Numbered from the stretch's first letter, positions 50,097 through 64,000 are shown. The stretch is DNA of 64,000 nt from Tubiluchus corallicola (GCA_030141605.1 JAQGDQ010001001.1:7212-71211); one strand, 5' to 3'. The notes: a model not told the origin generated them from the sequence alone. Translations and numbers: made by a program.

Positions 50097-53000
50097 TCAC
50101 AACAATGCCTGAGTAATCATAATAAACAATATAGATGTACTAACTGAAACTCTGTGGCCAATAGAAAATGGATAGAAAAAGTCACTGGGAAGATGAATAT
50201 CTATGATAGGAACTTCAGCCTCTGCTTGATAAGCTGGTGCACTGGCATCTATAAATGATACAGAACTGACAACTTCAAACGCTTGCTTCACATTAGAGGT
50301 TCCAGGCTGGCAGTAAACACCAATGCACTATAGAAAAACAAGACCATTAGCAAGTTGTTACACAGCGCGTGCCATAACCTCATAGAGGATGTTGATAACA
50401 TATAAGTGATCTCCATTCCATTTCCAAAACTAAAAATGAAGTTTATGTAACATGCGCCAACATTTTATCATAAACATATCTATAAAACCAAATGATAAAG
50501 CAATTGTGAACTAAATGACATACCTAGAGATGAATGATTATACTGTTAACTACTACTAAGGCCACACTTATTGAGAAGCATCATATTCAGTGAACTTACA
50601 GTTCAAAACTAATGTTTATTGTGCGGCGCAAGTTGTTTTTTCGTACACATCACCAAAAAGGTTAGTGGCCTTTGAAAGCTATATGTTACCTCAAATTTTA
50701 CATCCTGTGGCTCCTCATAACGGTAGACAACTCCAATAATCTTTGGCTGGGGATTTGCCATCGAACCAGCATTGGCATAGGCTATCTCTATGTGCATCCC
50801 TAGTGTTACTCCTAAACATTCTTTCTGATCATTTGAGGCTGCTGCCTGTAATTTAATTGAGAAGATTTTCAAATGAAATCTTCCCAGCTCATATTACAGA
50901 AAAAACTTCACAAGTTATAGTAAGGCTTCTTGATTCACAGTTTTGCTGTAACCAGTAAGTAGAGAAATTATAAGTATGCATTAATAGAAGTGTCAAACTG
51001 AATGTTATTTAGTGAATTTCACGCCAAGAACTACAAGCAGTGCTACCAGCCACCCAATGCCACATATTATGAAATTAGATTAGATGACACTATTCAGAAA
51101 AAGTGCCATCAAAGATTTCAGTGAGTATACAAATTAAGTAGTCTATTGTCTCACGAAATTTGATAAAAGCTCAATTAAAATTCTCACATCTTTAAATGTG
51201 GCAAACCTACTTCTCAAAACAAAGTGAATTGGGATTTGTCAAAACTGGTCATGTGACTGACTTGATCAGACTTCCAGTTTAAATCTGCCAATCATATTTT
51301 TCCAGAGAAGTGTTTATTATTATAAAAACAAAACACAATAGTTAGTTAACTTATCAAAGTAGATATTAAACATAGTCAGCTTTTATTATCTTGCTTTCCA
51401 GTGGACCTATCAAGACAGAGTTCACAGATTAGTTCTAAGAGTAATAATAGTTTCTCGTTTACCACGTTTAATGGCTGGAAATTCAAATTTTAGCTATTTT
51501 TGTTGGTAAAAAGTGTATCACAAATAAGTAATTGTGATAATGTCGCTAGAGTCCTAACCCCTTACTTAGTACCTCTGTATTAGTGAAGGAAAGTGGAAAA
51601 AATATAATTTAATAATTTTTCCAGACTCCACCAGCTAGGGTCAGCACTTTTTCATTCTATGCTTAAAAATTCTCAATATTTTTCAATAATGACGCATATG
51701 CACGGCTGATTTTTTATTTAATTTTCCAATCGATTATGACCCAGCCCAACTATACTACAGAATAATTTGCCGCGTAATAAAGTCATAAATAATAATGATT
51801 GTAAAGGAGACATCTTATGCCATCAATATATGCATAGTTGCTGCTAGCTAGTACGAAATGACAAGCGATCAAACATTTGTGAGTACACTGTAAGTATATA
51901 TAAAAAAAACTTACTGCTATTTCAGGCAAATTTTCCTCTAAAACAGGCACCCAGTCACCAACATTTCTAACATCAGAGTTTCCAAAACTTGCGACATAGT
52001 CGGGTTTGTCGCCCCTTAGTGCTGTTATGGCAACTTCATTTATCAGTTCACACATATTACTCATGTTAGCAGCATAAACTCTGTAAAATTATCAATAACA
52101 TAAAAAACAATGAAATTACTAAAGTGAGAAATAAAAGTACATTAACAGTAACAAGTCTTTGCACAAAGCTAAGGTAGTCTTGCACAAGGATACACTCACT
52201 AAGTTCATTTTATTTTGTGAGCTTTCACTTAGACTGGTTTGTGAATAAATATGCTTTTACACAATCAAACTGTGTAACTAGTAAACTATAATAAGATACA
52301 GGTGAAATAAAATACAGAAATCTAAAGAACTGCAGTGAATTGTAGTTTAAACTTTCAAATGACCACATACAGGAGCAGAAGGAAGCATGGAATAGGGACA
52401 TAAAATAGGAAACACTTAGTTTAGCAAGAGGAAAACAAAATTTCATCAGTACTAATAAAGTGACAGTAACTTAGAATACTGACCACAAACTGTTGTTGAG
52501 AGAAAACGTGGATTTTGTCCAGTGTTTCAATGTCAGACTACATTACTCTTGTACCTACTCTGATTTGCCTTTATTTTTTATGGTGGTGCTTCACTGATGT
52601 GTGTTTTTATGATATTGCTTTTGCGTTTGATTCTCAATTAATTTCTAACTATATTTTTATTGTCTTTTGATACTTTTTCATGACTATGGTTAATTAGATA
52701 TTTTACTATTTGTGCTATTACAGATTCTCCCTAAAGATGGAAATAGATGGAAAGACTCCAAAACATTGGATTATATGCGAGTTTTCTTTCAACAACAATA
52801 TATTGTCAGTATTTTCTGTTGCTATGACTTTGTTACCACTAATAGGGAATATCTAATTTTACAAAGTTACTTGGTTTAACAAAACTGGTAAAAATAAATA
52901 GCAATGTCAATGTAAGAACGCATAAGAACAACACCCAAATAAATTTATGATAAGTTATTTAAAAAAGAAATTCAATGTGTTAGTTTTGAAAAAACAAATC

Positions 53001-56000
53001 ACAAAGATCAAAAAGAAGTTAAATACATGGTTAAAAATTTAACTCACACACTTTGACAAATGCTATCAATGAATTATCCAAAAACAAAACAGCATGCAGT
53101 TACCAGTGAAATCTTATTTCACCTAAATTTTTTATGCCACTGTAACCTAGCAGTACTACGTACAACAATTTCAATGAAAATAATCATAACCATTTATTAG
53201 ATTTGCTTGAAATGAAAGACGTGAATAAATCATTAAAATGTCACTAATACATTTGTAACAGCTATGTCAAAGCAGAATAGCACAAAGTTTTCTATTGTAG
53301 TAAGCAAGATTTTGATTTAGTTGTTCAAGTAATAGCTAGGAATGTAACCGAGTCACCAGCCTCGCACATATCCTTTGCGTGAATGATTCGTGACCATCTA
53401 AGCTTATTACTCACCATAGGCAGTTTCATTTGTCATATTTATTGTGGCTGATTACATCATAGAGAGAAGATGGATTTGCATCTTAGTGTGGTTAGGACAC
53501 CTCTGCCCATTCAGTGACTCATCTTAGAAGGATAAACTCATGTTGGCTGTTAAGGTTTTATCATCAAATACTCGATTGTGACTTGCAGAATGCCAAATTG
53601 TATAAAAATAAATAAATTATAAAGCATACATACTCTAACAAACAACCAGAACGCATATTTTCTCCAAAGGTTATAGATGTTCTTTTGGAATTGTTTGTGC
53701 ATCTGCCACTGCTATCAGCAGTTAACATTGTCATCCATGTATCTCTGTTCTTGCTCAGCTCGATGGCATAGCTAAACGATCTTAAGGTCATTATAATACA
53801 ACTTTCTTTGATGACTATATTATCAAATTTAATTAAAAGAGTTATCAAAAAGCATTTCAAAAATAATTTAGATAAAGGAGAACATAGCTAAATGTTACAA
53901 GCTTAGTACTGCATTACTACATTAGTATTTACAACATTAGTACTGCATCAATTTATAACCCATAAAAGGGCAGAAGTCTTACTACATGGTGTTAAAAAAT
54001 GCCTCTGTCGCAACAACAGCAAATTCTAGATTAGCAGCTCAAAAAATTCTGTGGTTTTTTCTCGTTTTTGTCTTTTTTCACCTGAAGAACTGCAGCTGTA
54101 GTTTGAAATCTTGTGCCCTTTCTTCTTTTTTTAATTATGGACTTTTTATTCATTGCTTCTATCAAGAAAAAGTCTAGAATTAAAAACACACAAAGTGAAA
54201 AAATAATTGCGACTCTGAACAATCCGAGATATCATAACTATTAAATCGGCGACAGTTTGTTGGCTGAAAAATGCAAGTTCTATGTAAGTTATCTATTATA
54301 TGCATCATCCAGGTATAAAGAAATATAATCTGTAGCACAATTCAAGGTAAAATAGAAAATACATGTTCCAGTAATATGGTATTTAAAAACAGGTATGTTT
54401 AAATAGGTAAATATGCAATCAGTTAAGGATACTAGCCTGTACCACTAGTTGGATCTGTATGCTCAACTAATTTTCCAGCCATTACTGGCTGACTGACCAA
54501 ATAACCTGGATTACCACTGCGATGAAATATCTCTTCTCCAAATTCACTAGCCTGGAAATACAAAGTATTATTAATAAGCTTGTAACAGTAATAATACAAA
54601 ATAAAAAAATTGTTCACTGTTTACTGCAAACAGTGTGACACAAAGACATGTCAATTTAATAACTTGTTTTCAACATTCTGCTTTTTGCTGAGTGCTTAAT
54701 AAACAGTCTCATATGACCTCCTTAACATGCAATTTTTTTTAATTCACAATAATCCCCAAAATTTTTTCAAAGCTGATTTTATTTCAACATGTGTAAAAGG
54801 AGGCCAAACTTTCATAAGGACTTTAGAATGACCTTATATAAAGCAAAATTTGAAACATAATTGCATATCTAAAAGCAAAATGCAAAATTCAAAAGCTAAA
54901 AATAAAATCCCTACCCAAAGAAATTCTGTTCCAAATAACTGAGGTATTTCTCTGTTATTATCAGTAACCATTGCTAGCACAAAGCTAATATTAGCTGACA
55001 TTATTCCTGCTGTACCATTGTGTGTAATGAGGTAAGTTACCTGAAACAGAAAGTATTTTGAAAATTTTCTAAATGAGAAAATCAGCCTAACTTTTCAGAA
55101 TAAACCTCGTGAAGTAGATTTGCTAAATAATTTTACTTCAACTAATTAAGACGTATTACTTTTTGCATAAACAAATGAAATGTTTCTTTTGATAGAAGCA
55201 TCGAAGTACCAGATTTGGTCAAAGTGTAACAAAATCGTAAAAATCACTAATTTCTGAAAATTTCTTCTGGATGAAAGTGAGTACCTAAAGTGTATAGTTA
55301 CAAATTCTAATGAATGTGGAAGCAGTAGTGCACACTAGAGAAAAATGCTAGAAAATTACCATCATCTACAGACCAGTGGTTATTATGTGGCACATGTGAG
55401 TTTCAAATGAATATAGCTCATGACAAAAATTTAGATGATATATTACAAGATAAAAATTGTATGTTGTTTAGTAAACAAACAATGCGATTTAGTTTCCCAA
55501 GCCACATTACCAAAATACTAGTGACTTTAACCATGGCAGTTCAGTTTACTTTGTTAAGAGCTCTGACGTTATACATTACAGATGACACAATGTACTTTCT
55601 CTCTCAATTCTGGACCCCAACCCAGACCTGCTCGTAAAAATGCCATGATTATGATGTTGCTTAAAATGCCATTAAGATTCAAATAGGCACTGTAGATCTC
55701 TCTAGGATTCTATGTTAACAAATGTTCACAACAATGACTACACATTGACCATAGACAAAATTGCATCTCCTGAAGGTTCTAGAAATATTTACTACAAAGT
55801 ACAACGTATTATTGCTTATTTTATGGTAATTGCAGCATGTGTAATTGACATTTTGTCTTGGTACACAATTTGAAACTCACAAATAGTAGTACAAAACTTT
55901 CCCTTGTTAAGTCAATTAAAAATAATTGTGCAAAATAGTTATGACCAAAAATCAGCAAAAGTCAATGAGCCATAAATAATCATTTAGTTTTTACTTATGT

Positions 56001-58176
56001 ATGCAACAATAGAATTATAGTCTAGGATCAAATCCAAGTTCTAGGTGCTCTTTTTTTAAAAGTGTGCAATATAGTGAGTTTTACCAATTTGACTATGCTG
56101 ATCCAAAAAAAAAGGCTGTTGCCAGCTCAAAAAATTAGTGGAAACAGGTTAAAAACAAAACAGCCACCAAGTTTTTGCACAAACAACAGAAATTTCGAGA
56201 AAATTAACATTAAGAAGCGATTATGATATCTACTCAGGGTAGCTGAATCCGAGGAACCCACTTCTGTCATTTTCATTTCAAAAATGACTACCGTTTTCAA
56301 AATGGCCCCCACTAGACTAGAAGAAAATCCTGAAAAGGTGCTTCCATGAAGTTCTGGAGGCATTTTTTCTAAAAGTGGGCAACATAGCCAGTCTTATCAA
56401 CTTGACTATGCTGAAACAAAAACAGCTGCAGCTAGCTTGAAAAATTAGCAGAAAAGTTCAAAATGCAAAAAACAAAATGGCCGCCAAGTTGTAAATCAAA
56501 AGAAGAGCTTACTTAGAGGCTAGAGGCAGCTTTCTCAATTCAAGAGGATCCAGTTGATTGTTTTTTTGTTTGCATAATGAATCCTTTGATGATACAGTTA
56601 ATGTAACTGCATTATTTCGTTAGTGCAGCTGATTTAAAAACAGTAGCCATTTTTTAAATGAACAGAAATGGGTTCCTCGGGTCCAACTACCTTGGAATAG
56701 ACGTCAGAATGGCTTTTTAATGTTACTTTTCTCTTAGTTTACATTGTTTGTGTAAAAACTTGGTGGCCATTTGGTTTTTTGCATTTTTTATCCATTCGCA
56801 CTAATTTTTCGAACTGGTAACAGTTTTTTGGATTCAGCATACTTAAATTGATAAGAATGGCTATGTTGCCCACTTTAAGAAAAAAAAACGCCTCCAGGGT
56901 TCCACTTTCTGAAAATGGGACTAGACTACTGGTTGCTGTAAATAATTCCACTAGTCAATAAATATCTAACTTTCTTAGTCAAAACACAAATGTTACCTCT
57001 CGAACAACAAATTTGCAAGTTCCACTGTCGCTATCATAAGTGGGCATTTGCATATCATTTTCAGTGATGTTGCAGTCTACACTAACTCCAAATTCATCAA
57101 TGCATTTGACTGGCACAGACAAGTGAATAGGCACAAGAGCATCCATCAACCCATCTAGAAATGTTATAATCCAAATCCAAACCCAAATAAATTACGCAAA
57201 TTAATAGACACAATTGGTAAATAACTAAGCAAGAATCAACACAAAGCATAATTACTAAGAAATTCAAGGCTTAATTTTTCAGACTACTTCTCTTCCAATT
57301 TTAGCGACAAATCTGTTGTTCACGGTTGCCATATACAACAAGTTTTACACAAAGTGTCAAAAACGAATAACTTTCAAGAAATTACTGTTCTGCCGAAAAC
57401 TATGTTAAAGCTTCTAACCAGATCATCTATCTTACCCTAATCCTGAGATCAAAATCTGTGTTTTGACATAATAGTGACAGACAACAAGCAATTTATGAGT
57501 TATATAAGTGCATCCAAAACAAGTACATTTTCGGGCTACTTAAAATAAAATCTGCAGATTATTAATAAAATATTCAGCAATATTTTTGTCTGTGACATAC
57601 AAGTAAAATAAGTGTCTTCAAAACAACTTAAGCAATAAGCATATTTACAATGAGTATCTGAGAATCTATGAATTATTAACAAAATACCTGGCAATAGTCT
57701 TGAAGTCATATTAACATTTGTAGAAAGGTCAGCTTCATCTAGTTCCAAAATCTTTTGCAGAATAATAGGTGTCTTTACAGCACAAAGTACAAAAAAACAT
57801 TCATAACATAAATGCTATCACAGATTTCCAATTTCATGGAAAAAGAAGTCAGATTTTCTGAAGATAATGAAATACAAACTTTATATTCATTCAACACATA
57901 ACAGACTTGTTGGAGAAAGAATATTATAAAGACTTGCTTCTGGAAACCATTTCTAAACTGCTGTATAAAATCTACAAAATATAGTCAGTGTCTAACAGAT
58001 TTTGTAACTGTATTACTCTATAATTTAATATGTAGACAAATATATTAAGTGACTTACAGGTATAATTAGTATGTCTTGATAATAAGTGCTAACAGCCAGG
58101 GCTGGGTGCATTTGACATTCTTTCTCAATGTTGCTGATGTAGCGTGTGCATTCAAAGCTTTGATCGTAAAGAAATT
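50097..58176 (-). CDS. TCTN: Tectonic family ciliary transition-zone protein (TCTN1/3-like), 3' portion only (9 exons, about 431 aa); N-terminal exons not found in the window
   Basis: Exons 58176-58058, 57772-57688, 57154-56997, 55040-54915, 54551-54433, 53771-53634, 52080-51915, 50845-50690, 50327-50097, in continuous frame. Motifs FLYDQSFECTR, RSGNPGYLVSQPVMAG, FGENMRSGC, YVASFGNS...DW, YANAGSMANPQPKI, VSFID, LPSDFFYPF, and a hydrophobic C-terminal tail. Confidence 0.92.
53772..54432 (-). other. U12-type (minor spliceosome) GT-AG intron in Tectonic
   Basis: 5' splice site GTATCCTTAAC; branch-point-like GACCTTAAG about 10 nt before the AG, with no long pyrimidine tract; splicing here gives TA|C = Tyr and avoids the in-frame TAG. 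Confidence 0.85.
56018..56928. mobile_element. Compound long-TIR element with TAGTCTAG...CTAGACTA termini
   Basis: TAGTCTAG at 56018 and CTAGACTA at 56312 and 56921; two direct copies of the left arm (about 56040-56140 and 56350-56450) and one inverted arm (56760-56900); homologous to 32345-33430. Confidence 0.65.
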
Positions 58177-59003
58177 CTGAAATAGTCAATACACAGAAAT
58201 ATACACTGCTTGCTCTAACTTCTATGAGAAATGTGTAGATAAATTTTCGAAAATGCTTGCATTTAACCCAAACATATGCCACAAATGATGCAAAATAATG
58301 ATATGTGGTAGCATTGTTTTTAAACTCAGTGCTACAGTCTAAATCATAGCAGGAATTTAGTAAATCAAAAGAAGTGAAAGGTTCGTTAGTTACCAAAACC
58401 ACTTGTCTAAAGCTTGTAACAAACGGTACTGTTCAACAAACCACTTTCAATGCCTCTACTGCAGATGTTTACCCTGCGAGTTTCATGTGTCTAGCCTTTG
58501 CATTTGTGAGTTCACATAAATTAAAAGCGGCTGCATTAGCTTTCATGTTTTTTGACTCATATCTTGCTTAAATTTCCTGGCTTTATCATTATCTAAGTCT
58601 CCACCTGAACTGTCCTCCCTGTAAGTTTCAGAACTCTACTTACTACAGTTTTATGCCCAGTTTAGACAATCTGATCTTCATCGATTTTGTCGACTAACAA
58701 AGTCGCGAAAGACCATCTGATAACTCCCTCTCCCTCTTAATTTTCTTCAAATGAATGTCACAGCAAAAATCCAAATGAGCTCTCAAAAAAATTCCTCTCA
58801 AAAAATTGCAGGACGCTGTGTTACATTTAATAAAGTAATAATACTGTAATACTAAAAAAATTAACACATTTGTAAAATAAAATCAACACATAACACAATA
58901 AATAATTGATAATGCAACAACGATACTGTGATGTAATAATAATAACACATACTATTAGACCCCAAAACCCATAAAGTAATAACCTGAACTTTAACACACT
59001 GCA

Positions 59004-59030
59004 ACTCTCTCTCTCTCTCTCTCTCTCTCT
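59004..59030. repeat. (CT)n microsatellite
   Basis: Direct observation. Confidence 0.9.
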
Positions 59031-60456
59031 TTATGAGGTTACGGTATGATAGATATAAACAATTTAATGTACGCATAATATATTTAATGAATATTAATTT
59101 GCCTTATTCACACTATTTAATATTGTTTGTCTAATTCGTAATAGTCTGCAGGATGTCATGTGAACGTAAGAAGTATTACTTTTAGCTGTCATCACAGAAG
59201 TTGGAAGACAGTCAGATGAAAAGTTTTCCAGTTTACACAAGGTCCGACAAAGTCTGTCTGACATGATCGGATTTTGACGGATGACTTTGCCTGATCACAT
59301 AAACGATTAATCGAACTTGTCCAACTTTAATGTCGTTTGCCACACGACTTTCAAGATCTGTTCCCCAGGTATCTACCTTGTAACTTTCGTGAATCTCAGC
59401 CCTCTCAGTTTGTGAGGTTAACACGAATTAAAAAATGGAAAACTTGATGCCTAACATAATGAAATGAGTATATGGGTTCTCCTATATTCGCAATGCTAGC
59501 GCTTGCACATAAAAAGACTGAAAACAGCAAAATGTCAACTAACTGCTAACTGCATTCATCTTTTGTGGAAATTCAATCCCCAGATTCAAGCATTCAGATT
59601 AAACTGGCAAACCAAAATAGTATATATACATAATGCAGCTTATCATTACTTTGTTGCATGGATCCTTGCTGCATTTTGTAGGCAAGCCCTTTCATTCTTA
59701 GTTTGGGACCATTGCATCATCCAGTGAAACATGAACTCCAAGTTTTTCTCAAGTCATTTTCAACAGAGGAGCCAAGAGATCATTAGTTCCTGCCATTCAC
59801 TTTTGACAAGCCTGAATTCAAGAAGCAGCATGCAGTGCTCAACAAGAAATAGCAGTGTAAAATATACCCAAGAAAATTTGACAAAATAAGAAATTTCTTA
59901 ATACTGTCATTATAATCGTGAAGTTGCAAACATGTTTGACTATGAAGAATCATAGAAAGAGCACAGAGAAAAGGTTCTGTTACGTCGTTTGAATGAACCA
60001 CATACAAAATGGTTAATAAAACATCCGTCTCCCCTATCAGCTATGTAGCTAGTCTTTCATGACGATTATATAACAATTACACGTGCATGCGCAAACTGAA
60101 GAAAAAAATCAAGAAAATTGACCATGCAGTGAACAACGACAAACTGACTATATAAGCGCAAGAGGTTACCCAAAAGGCTGCAACCGATAGCCACATTACA
60201 GATGCTCTCTTTGCATCATCAAGTGAATAGGGCTTTTGAGATGCAATGCAACTCACAATGATGATGCTGAGTTAAAATGGCAAAACACCACATGGAACAT
60301 TAAGTGATAAAATGAAGCAAAAGATTAGAACTATTACAGTGGATACAGAGATTTTTAATAATTTTGACGTGAACATTTTGATTCGTGAGCATTGAGATTT
60401 CAGTTGGGACTTCTTAATCTGTATCAGTCACTAATCATAAATTCTGCTGTTTAATC

Positions 60457-61052
60457 ATGACGAATTCTAACACTTCTGAAGAAAGCATGCGTTGGATATT
60501 GAAAGACATCCAAGTGCCAATGCCAATTGCCATTATTTATGTAACACTGCAATTTATATCCAGTAGTGAGTTTTATTTATGTGTTTCTTCAAAATTAAAT
60601 GAATTTTATAACTATTAAGTTAATTCTTCTCAGATAAAAAGAACATAATTTATCTGTATGTCACATCTAAACAACCATTTCATATTGCAATGAAACTGCA
60701 TATGTTTCAATGTATTACGACCAGTGTCAAATAATTTTAAGAGTTTGCATATTGTGTTAGCGTGAAATTTGCATGCACGGTAGTTCTTGGCTATATATAC
60801 ACTCACCTGAACAGACTTCTGATATAAAATAACAAAGCTGTTTTCTTATAGTACTTGGATTCTGTGGAAACATCATGGTTATCATTATCATCTTAACGAA
60901 CAAACAACTACGTAACACTACAGGGTACCTTCTACTAAACCTAGCTGTAACCGATTTAATTATCACTGGTTTTATCACACCAACTGGAATATGGGGTATG
61001 ATTTTTCAAATTTGCATATTAAGAGAGAAAAATCTATATAGCTGAATATTAC

Positions 61053-61099
<47 letters not shown>

Positions 61100-63336
61100 G
61101 ATTCCTCAGAATATAAAAATTCTCTCTAAGGTTTCACAAATAAATTTTTCACTTTATTATCCTTTCAACCTATTGCTTTCATATCACTTAAAGCCAACAA
61201 TGGTTATCCTACAGACATTAAAATTGCACAAGTGATCATATACCATTTTTTCATACTACACGTACTTGCCAAATGAAAAGAAACTAACGAGTGATTATTA
61301 ACTTCAGTTTATAATGAACTTAATGAACTCTGTACTAACAATTTTACTTGTAAACACAGACGTTTACTCACTCAAACTTTCAACTTCACGACTTACATTA
61401 CTGTCGGAAAAATATGTTAAGCAGTTTCAGTGCTTGGATATACTTCAGCAGTTGAGAATACAGCTCTCCAGTTAACTAAATTTCATGAAAAATAAACAAT
61501 TTTTACGAAAAAATGTTCTTGCTTTATTAGCAAGATGTTAGTTTCGTCAATATAGTAAACATCTATATTATATATGTAGAACATTGGTTGATAAAATGAT
61601 AGTTATTCAGAATATCTATAATTGTTGGTTATCAGAATTACTATTCCATACACAAATTCTCTACATTTCTGTCACATCATGTATAAACTGTCACATACTT
61701 TGTCGCCATCACTTCATCACTTAGCTGTAAAATGTAATATCTCAATGGAATACTGTTTTCTTTCGCTTACAGGGTATCTGGACAAAACAGGTTTAGAAAA
61801 TCTACCAGAACTGTGCACATTTATAGCAGTTGTGTGCATTGTCGTCTGCAATGGCTCTCTTTTCACCTTGATGGCTTTTAGTGTAGTACGAATGACAGCA
61901 GTATGCTACAACAATGTCTATAAAAAGGTATCCTAGCAATATATAAATCCATCATAAAAAATAGTTACGGATATGGCTAAACACTGACATTTAGATTTGA
62001 AAACTTTGTTAAAAATGTAACCGAAATTACAAGGTAAAACGTAGAGCAAGGATTTATAAAAAACATTTCAGTAATAATAACTAATGTTAAATTAATTAAA
62101 AAAATGCTATAGTATGTTTTTATTTATAGTATGCAGGTAAACAGTTGTCAATCAATTGCCTGAAAAGTTTTAAACACTCTGTACTTATTCTCACTTGCAT
62201 ACAGTCCCTCCTACTAGCCAGTATCAGTTTATTTTGGTATACTTCGATAAAATTATTACACAGTGACACACGATAATTAAAAAAAAAACATTTACAGTTT
62301 TTTACAGGCAAAGGCACAGCTTTACTGCTCATTATAATGTGGATAGCAGACTTTATCATAAATGCTCCAGGTTTATCCAACAAAGTATATCCAAAAGGCA
62401 ATGGATATGTGCTTGAACCGAGGTTTTTTGTTTACATTTTACCAGCTCATTTACTTGCCAATGATTACCTTATTAGCTGTTAAAAGTAAAACTTTAATGT
62501 CAAAAGGAGAAACATTTACATAATGTTAGAATAAATAGTAAAGCTAAAAGACTCAAGAAAACTTCATTCAAATACTAGTTAACTGGCTTCTTTCTTTGGT
62601 AGAACACATTGGTGCTTTTGGAATTGGTATGAAATAGATGAGCACAGACATGCGTGGGCTCTACTCTGCATGGTCATTCCGATCATTGTCACACTCATCT
62701 GCTACCAGAAGCTTTATTTTCACGTTAAGAAAAGTCATAAAAAGGTGAGAAATAATGTTCACAAAACAAGTAGTATCTCAGACATGAACCAAACGATAGA
62801 ATGTTAGCAAGTAAAAAACTTTTTTAGTATGTAAAATGATCGTTCATCTCAAGTAAAAAAAAATTCATGTATGACAAACTTCTTTATCAACTGTTTCAAG
62901 GTATTTGCAGATTTATAAGCAAACTTTCTTCACTTAGGTACACAAAAACGCACCATCAGCACAGCAGTCAAAATCAGATCTGCAACTTTCTCGGACACTT
63001 TTCATTATATTCGTCACTTTTGTCACAACATGGACGCCAATGGTCATTGACTTTTACTTTGATACAAACCAAGATTGGCCAGCTGAGTTCATGCTATTCG
63101 TTGTATTCATGGCTCATTTAAACTCTGCATTAAATCCATTAATTTATGGGGTCTCAAACACCAACTTTAGAAAAAAGTTTAAAAATTTAATGTGCAACTG
63201 CAAAACTGGAAACGAAGGCAGTTTAACTACCAACAAGGTTGCGGTTTCAAATCAGTCAAACTCAAATCAGGTTAATCAACCAGCCAATGAACGACAGAAT
63301 TCCTCAAAAGCTTCTGAAATCACACCAACAGGTTAA
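60457..63336 (+). CDS. Class A GPCR, invertebrate melatonin-receptor-like orphan, copy 2; 6 exons, about 357 aa
   Basis: Exons 60457-60565, 60852-60995, 61773-61927, 62298-62422, 62603-62744, 62938-63336; internal exon sizes (144, 155, 125, 142) are identical to copy 1. MTNSNTSEESMRW...GFCGN...NLAVTD...SVVRMTAVC...FVTTWTP...AHLNSALNPLIYG. Confidence 0.92.
61055..61099. repeat. (TTA)n microsatellite
   Basis: About 14 perfect TTA units in intron 2 of GPCR copy 2. Confidence 0.9.
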
Positions 63337-64000
63337 GAATTAAATGAATGGGAAATACGCGCTATGGAAAAAAATTACACCTATTGTTTCTCTTTCAACA
63401 ACAAGATAGGCAGGAAGGAACAAAAATCACATTTTTTCAATTATTCTCAAATTGCAAAATTTACTTGGCCAAAAATTTTAAATACTAACCAAGAATAAAA
63501 CAGAACAATAAATAAAAGGAAAGAACAGAGCAATAAGTTAAAAAAGATATTTCGGATCACAACAATCCACATCTGATAATGATATCTAACACTAGTAATT
63601 CAGATCATGCCATAATAAATTCACAATTATTAACTGCTTTGCCTACAAAAAACAACAAATTTTGTAAGTACTGCAGAATAGTGCCCACCCTGCACACTTG
63701 CATGACAAAAGAAATGAAAGGTTCACAATAAGGTAGCATACAATGTATTACTGCGTAAATTTTTTAGAAAAACGTTCGATTTTAGTGAAAGACAATACAT
63801 AGATCGTAGAACGTCAATGAACCAGCGGGGGTCCACGTAGCAATGACCAATGAGGCGCTTTTATTTAGTGCTTACTGTTTTTTGATTGTGGGCCTGAGAT
63901 TGCCGAGGGCTTTACTCACATGCCCAGCAATATTTACACTTAAACCCTATATGAAATATACAGTAAAGCATGTGTTCATGATTATTTTTGCTTTGTTTTG

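Noticed and set aside
59200-60010. hAT (HCII) or piggyBac (SLDDAMVP) transposase fragments, or Tectonic exons
   Set aside because: Isolated short motif resemblances with no supporting flanking similarity; unresolved without a database search.
61928-62297. Donor GTATCCTAG in GPCR copy 2 as a second U12 intron
   Set aside because: Deviates from RTATCCTT, has no CCTTAAC branch site near the acceptor, and the paralogous intron starts GTACTG.

Overview
AT-rich, intron-rich animal (probably marine invertebrate) genomic DNA, not prokaryotic; most ORFs in the supplied track are intronic or antisense noise. Manual exon reconstruction gives six protein-coding genes: glucose-6-phosphatase (+, 3250-7200), ribosomal protein P0 RPLP0 (-, CDS 8616-17475, TOP-type first exon near 19.2 kb), ZNF706 (+, 23327-26248, divergent from RPLP0), two paralogous 6-exon melatonin-receptor-like class A GPCRs (+, 31993-46498 and 60457-63336), and the 3' part of a Tectonic ciliary gene (-, 50097 to beyond 58176). 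Main highlights: two paralogous C/D-box snoRNAs with U22/SNORD22-like features in RPLP0 introns; a GT-AG U12-type intron in Tectonic; the second GPCR apparently nested antisense in a Tectonic intron; a short near-identical tract between the GPCR paralogues; and an RPLP0 5'UTR resembling the human one. Introns also hold many decayed TEs and MITEs. Family assignments rest on recalled motifs; no searches were run.
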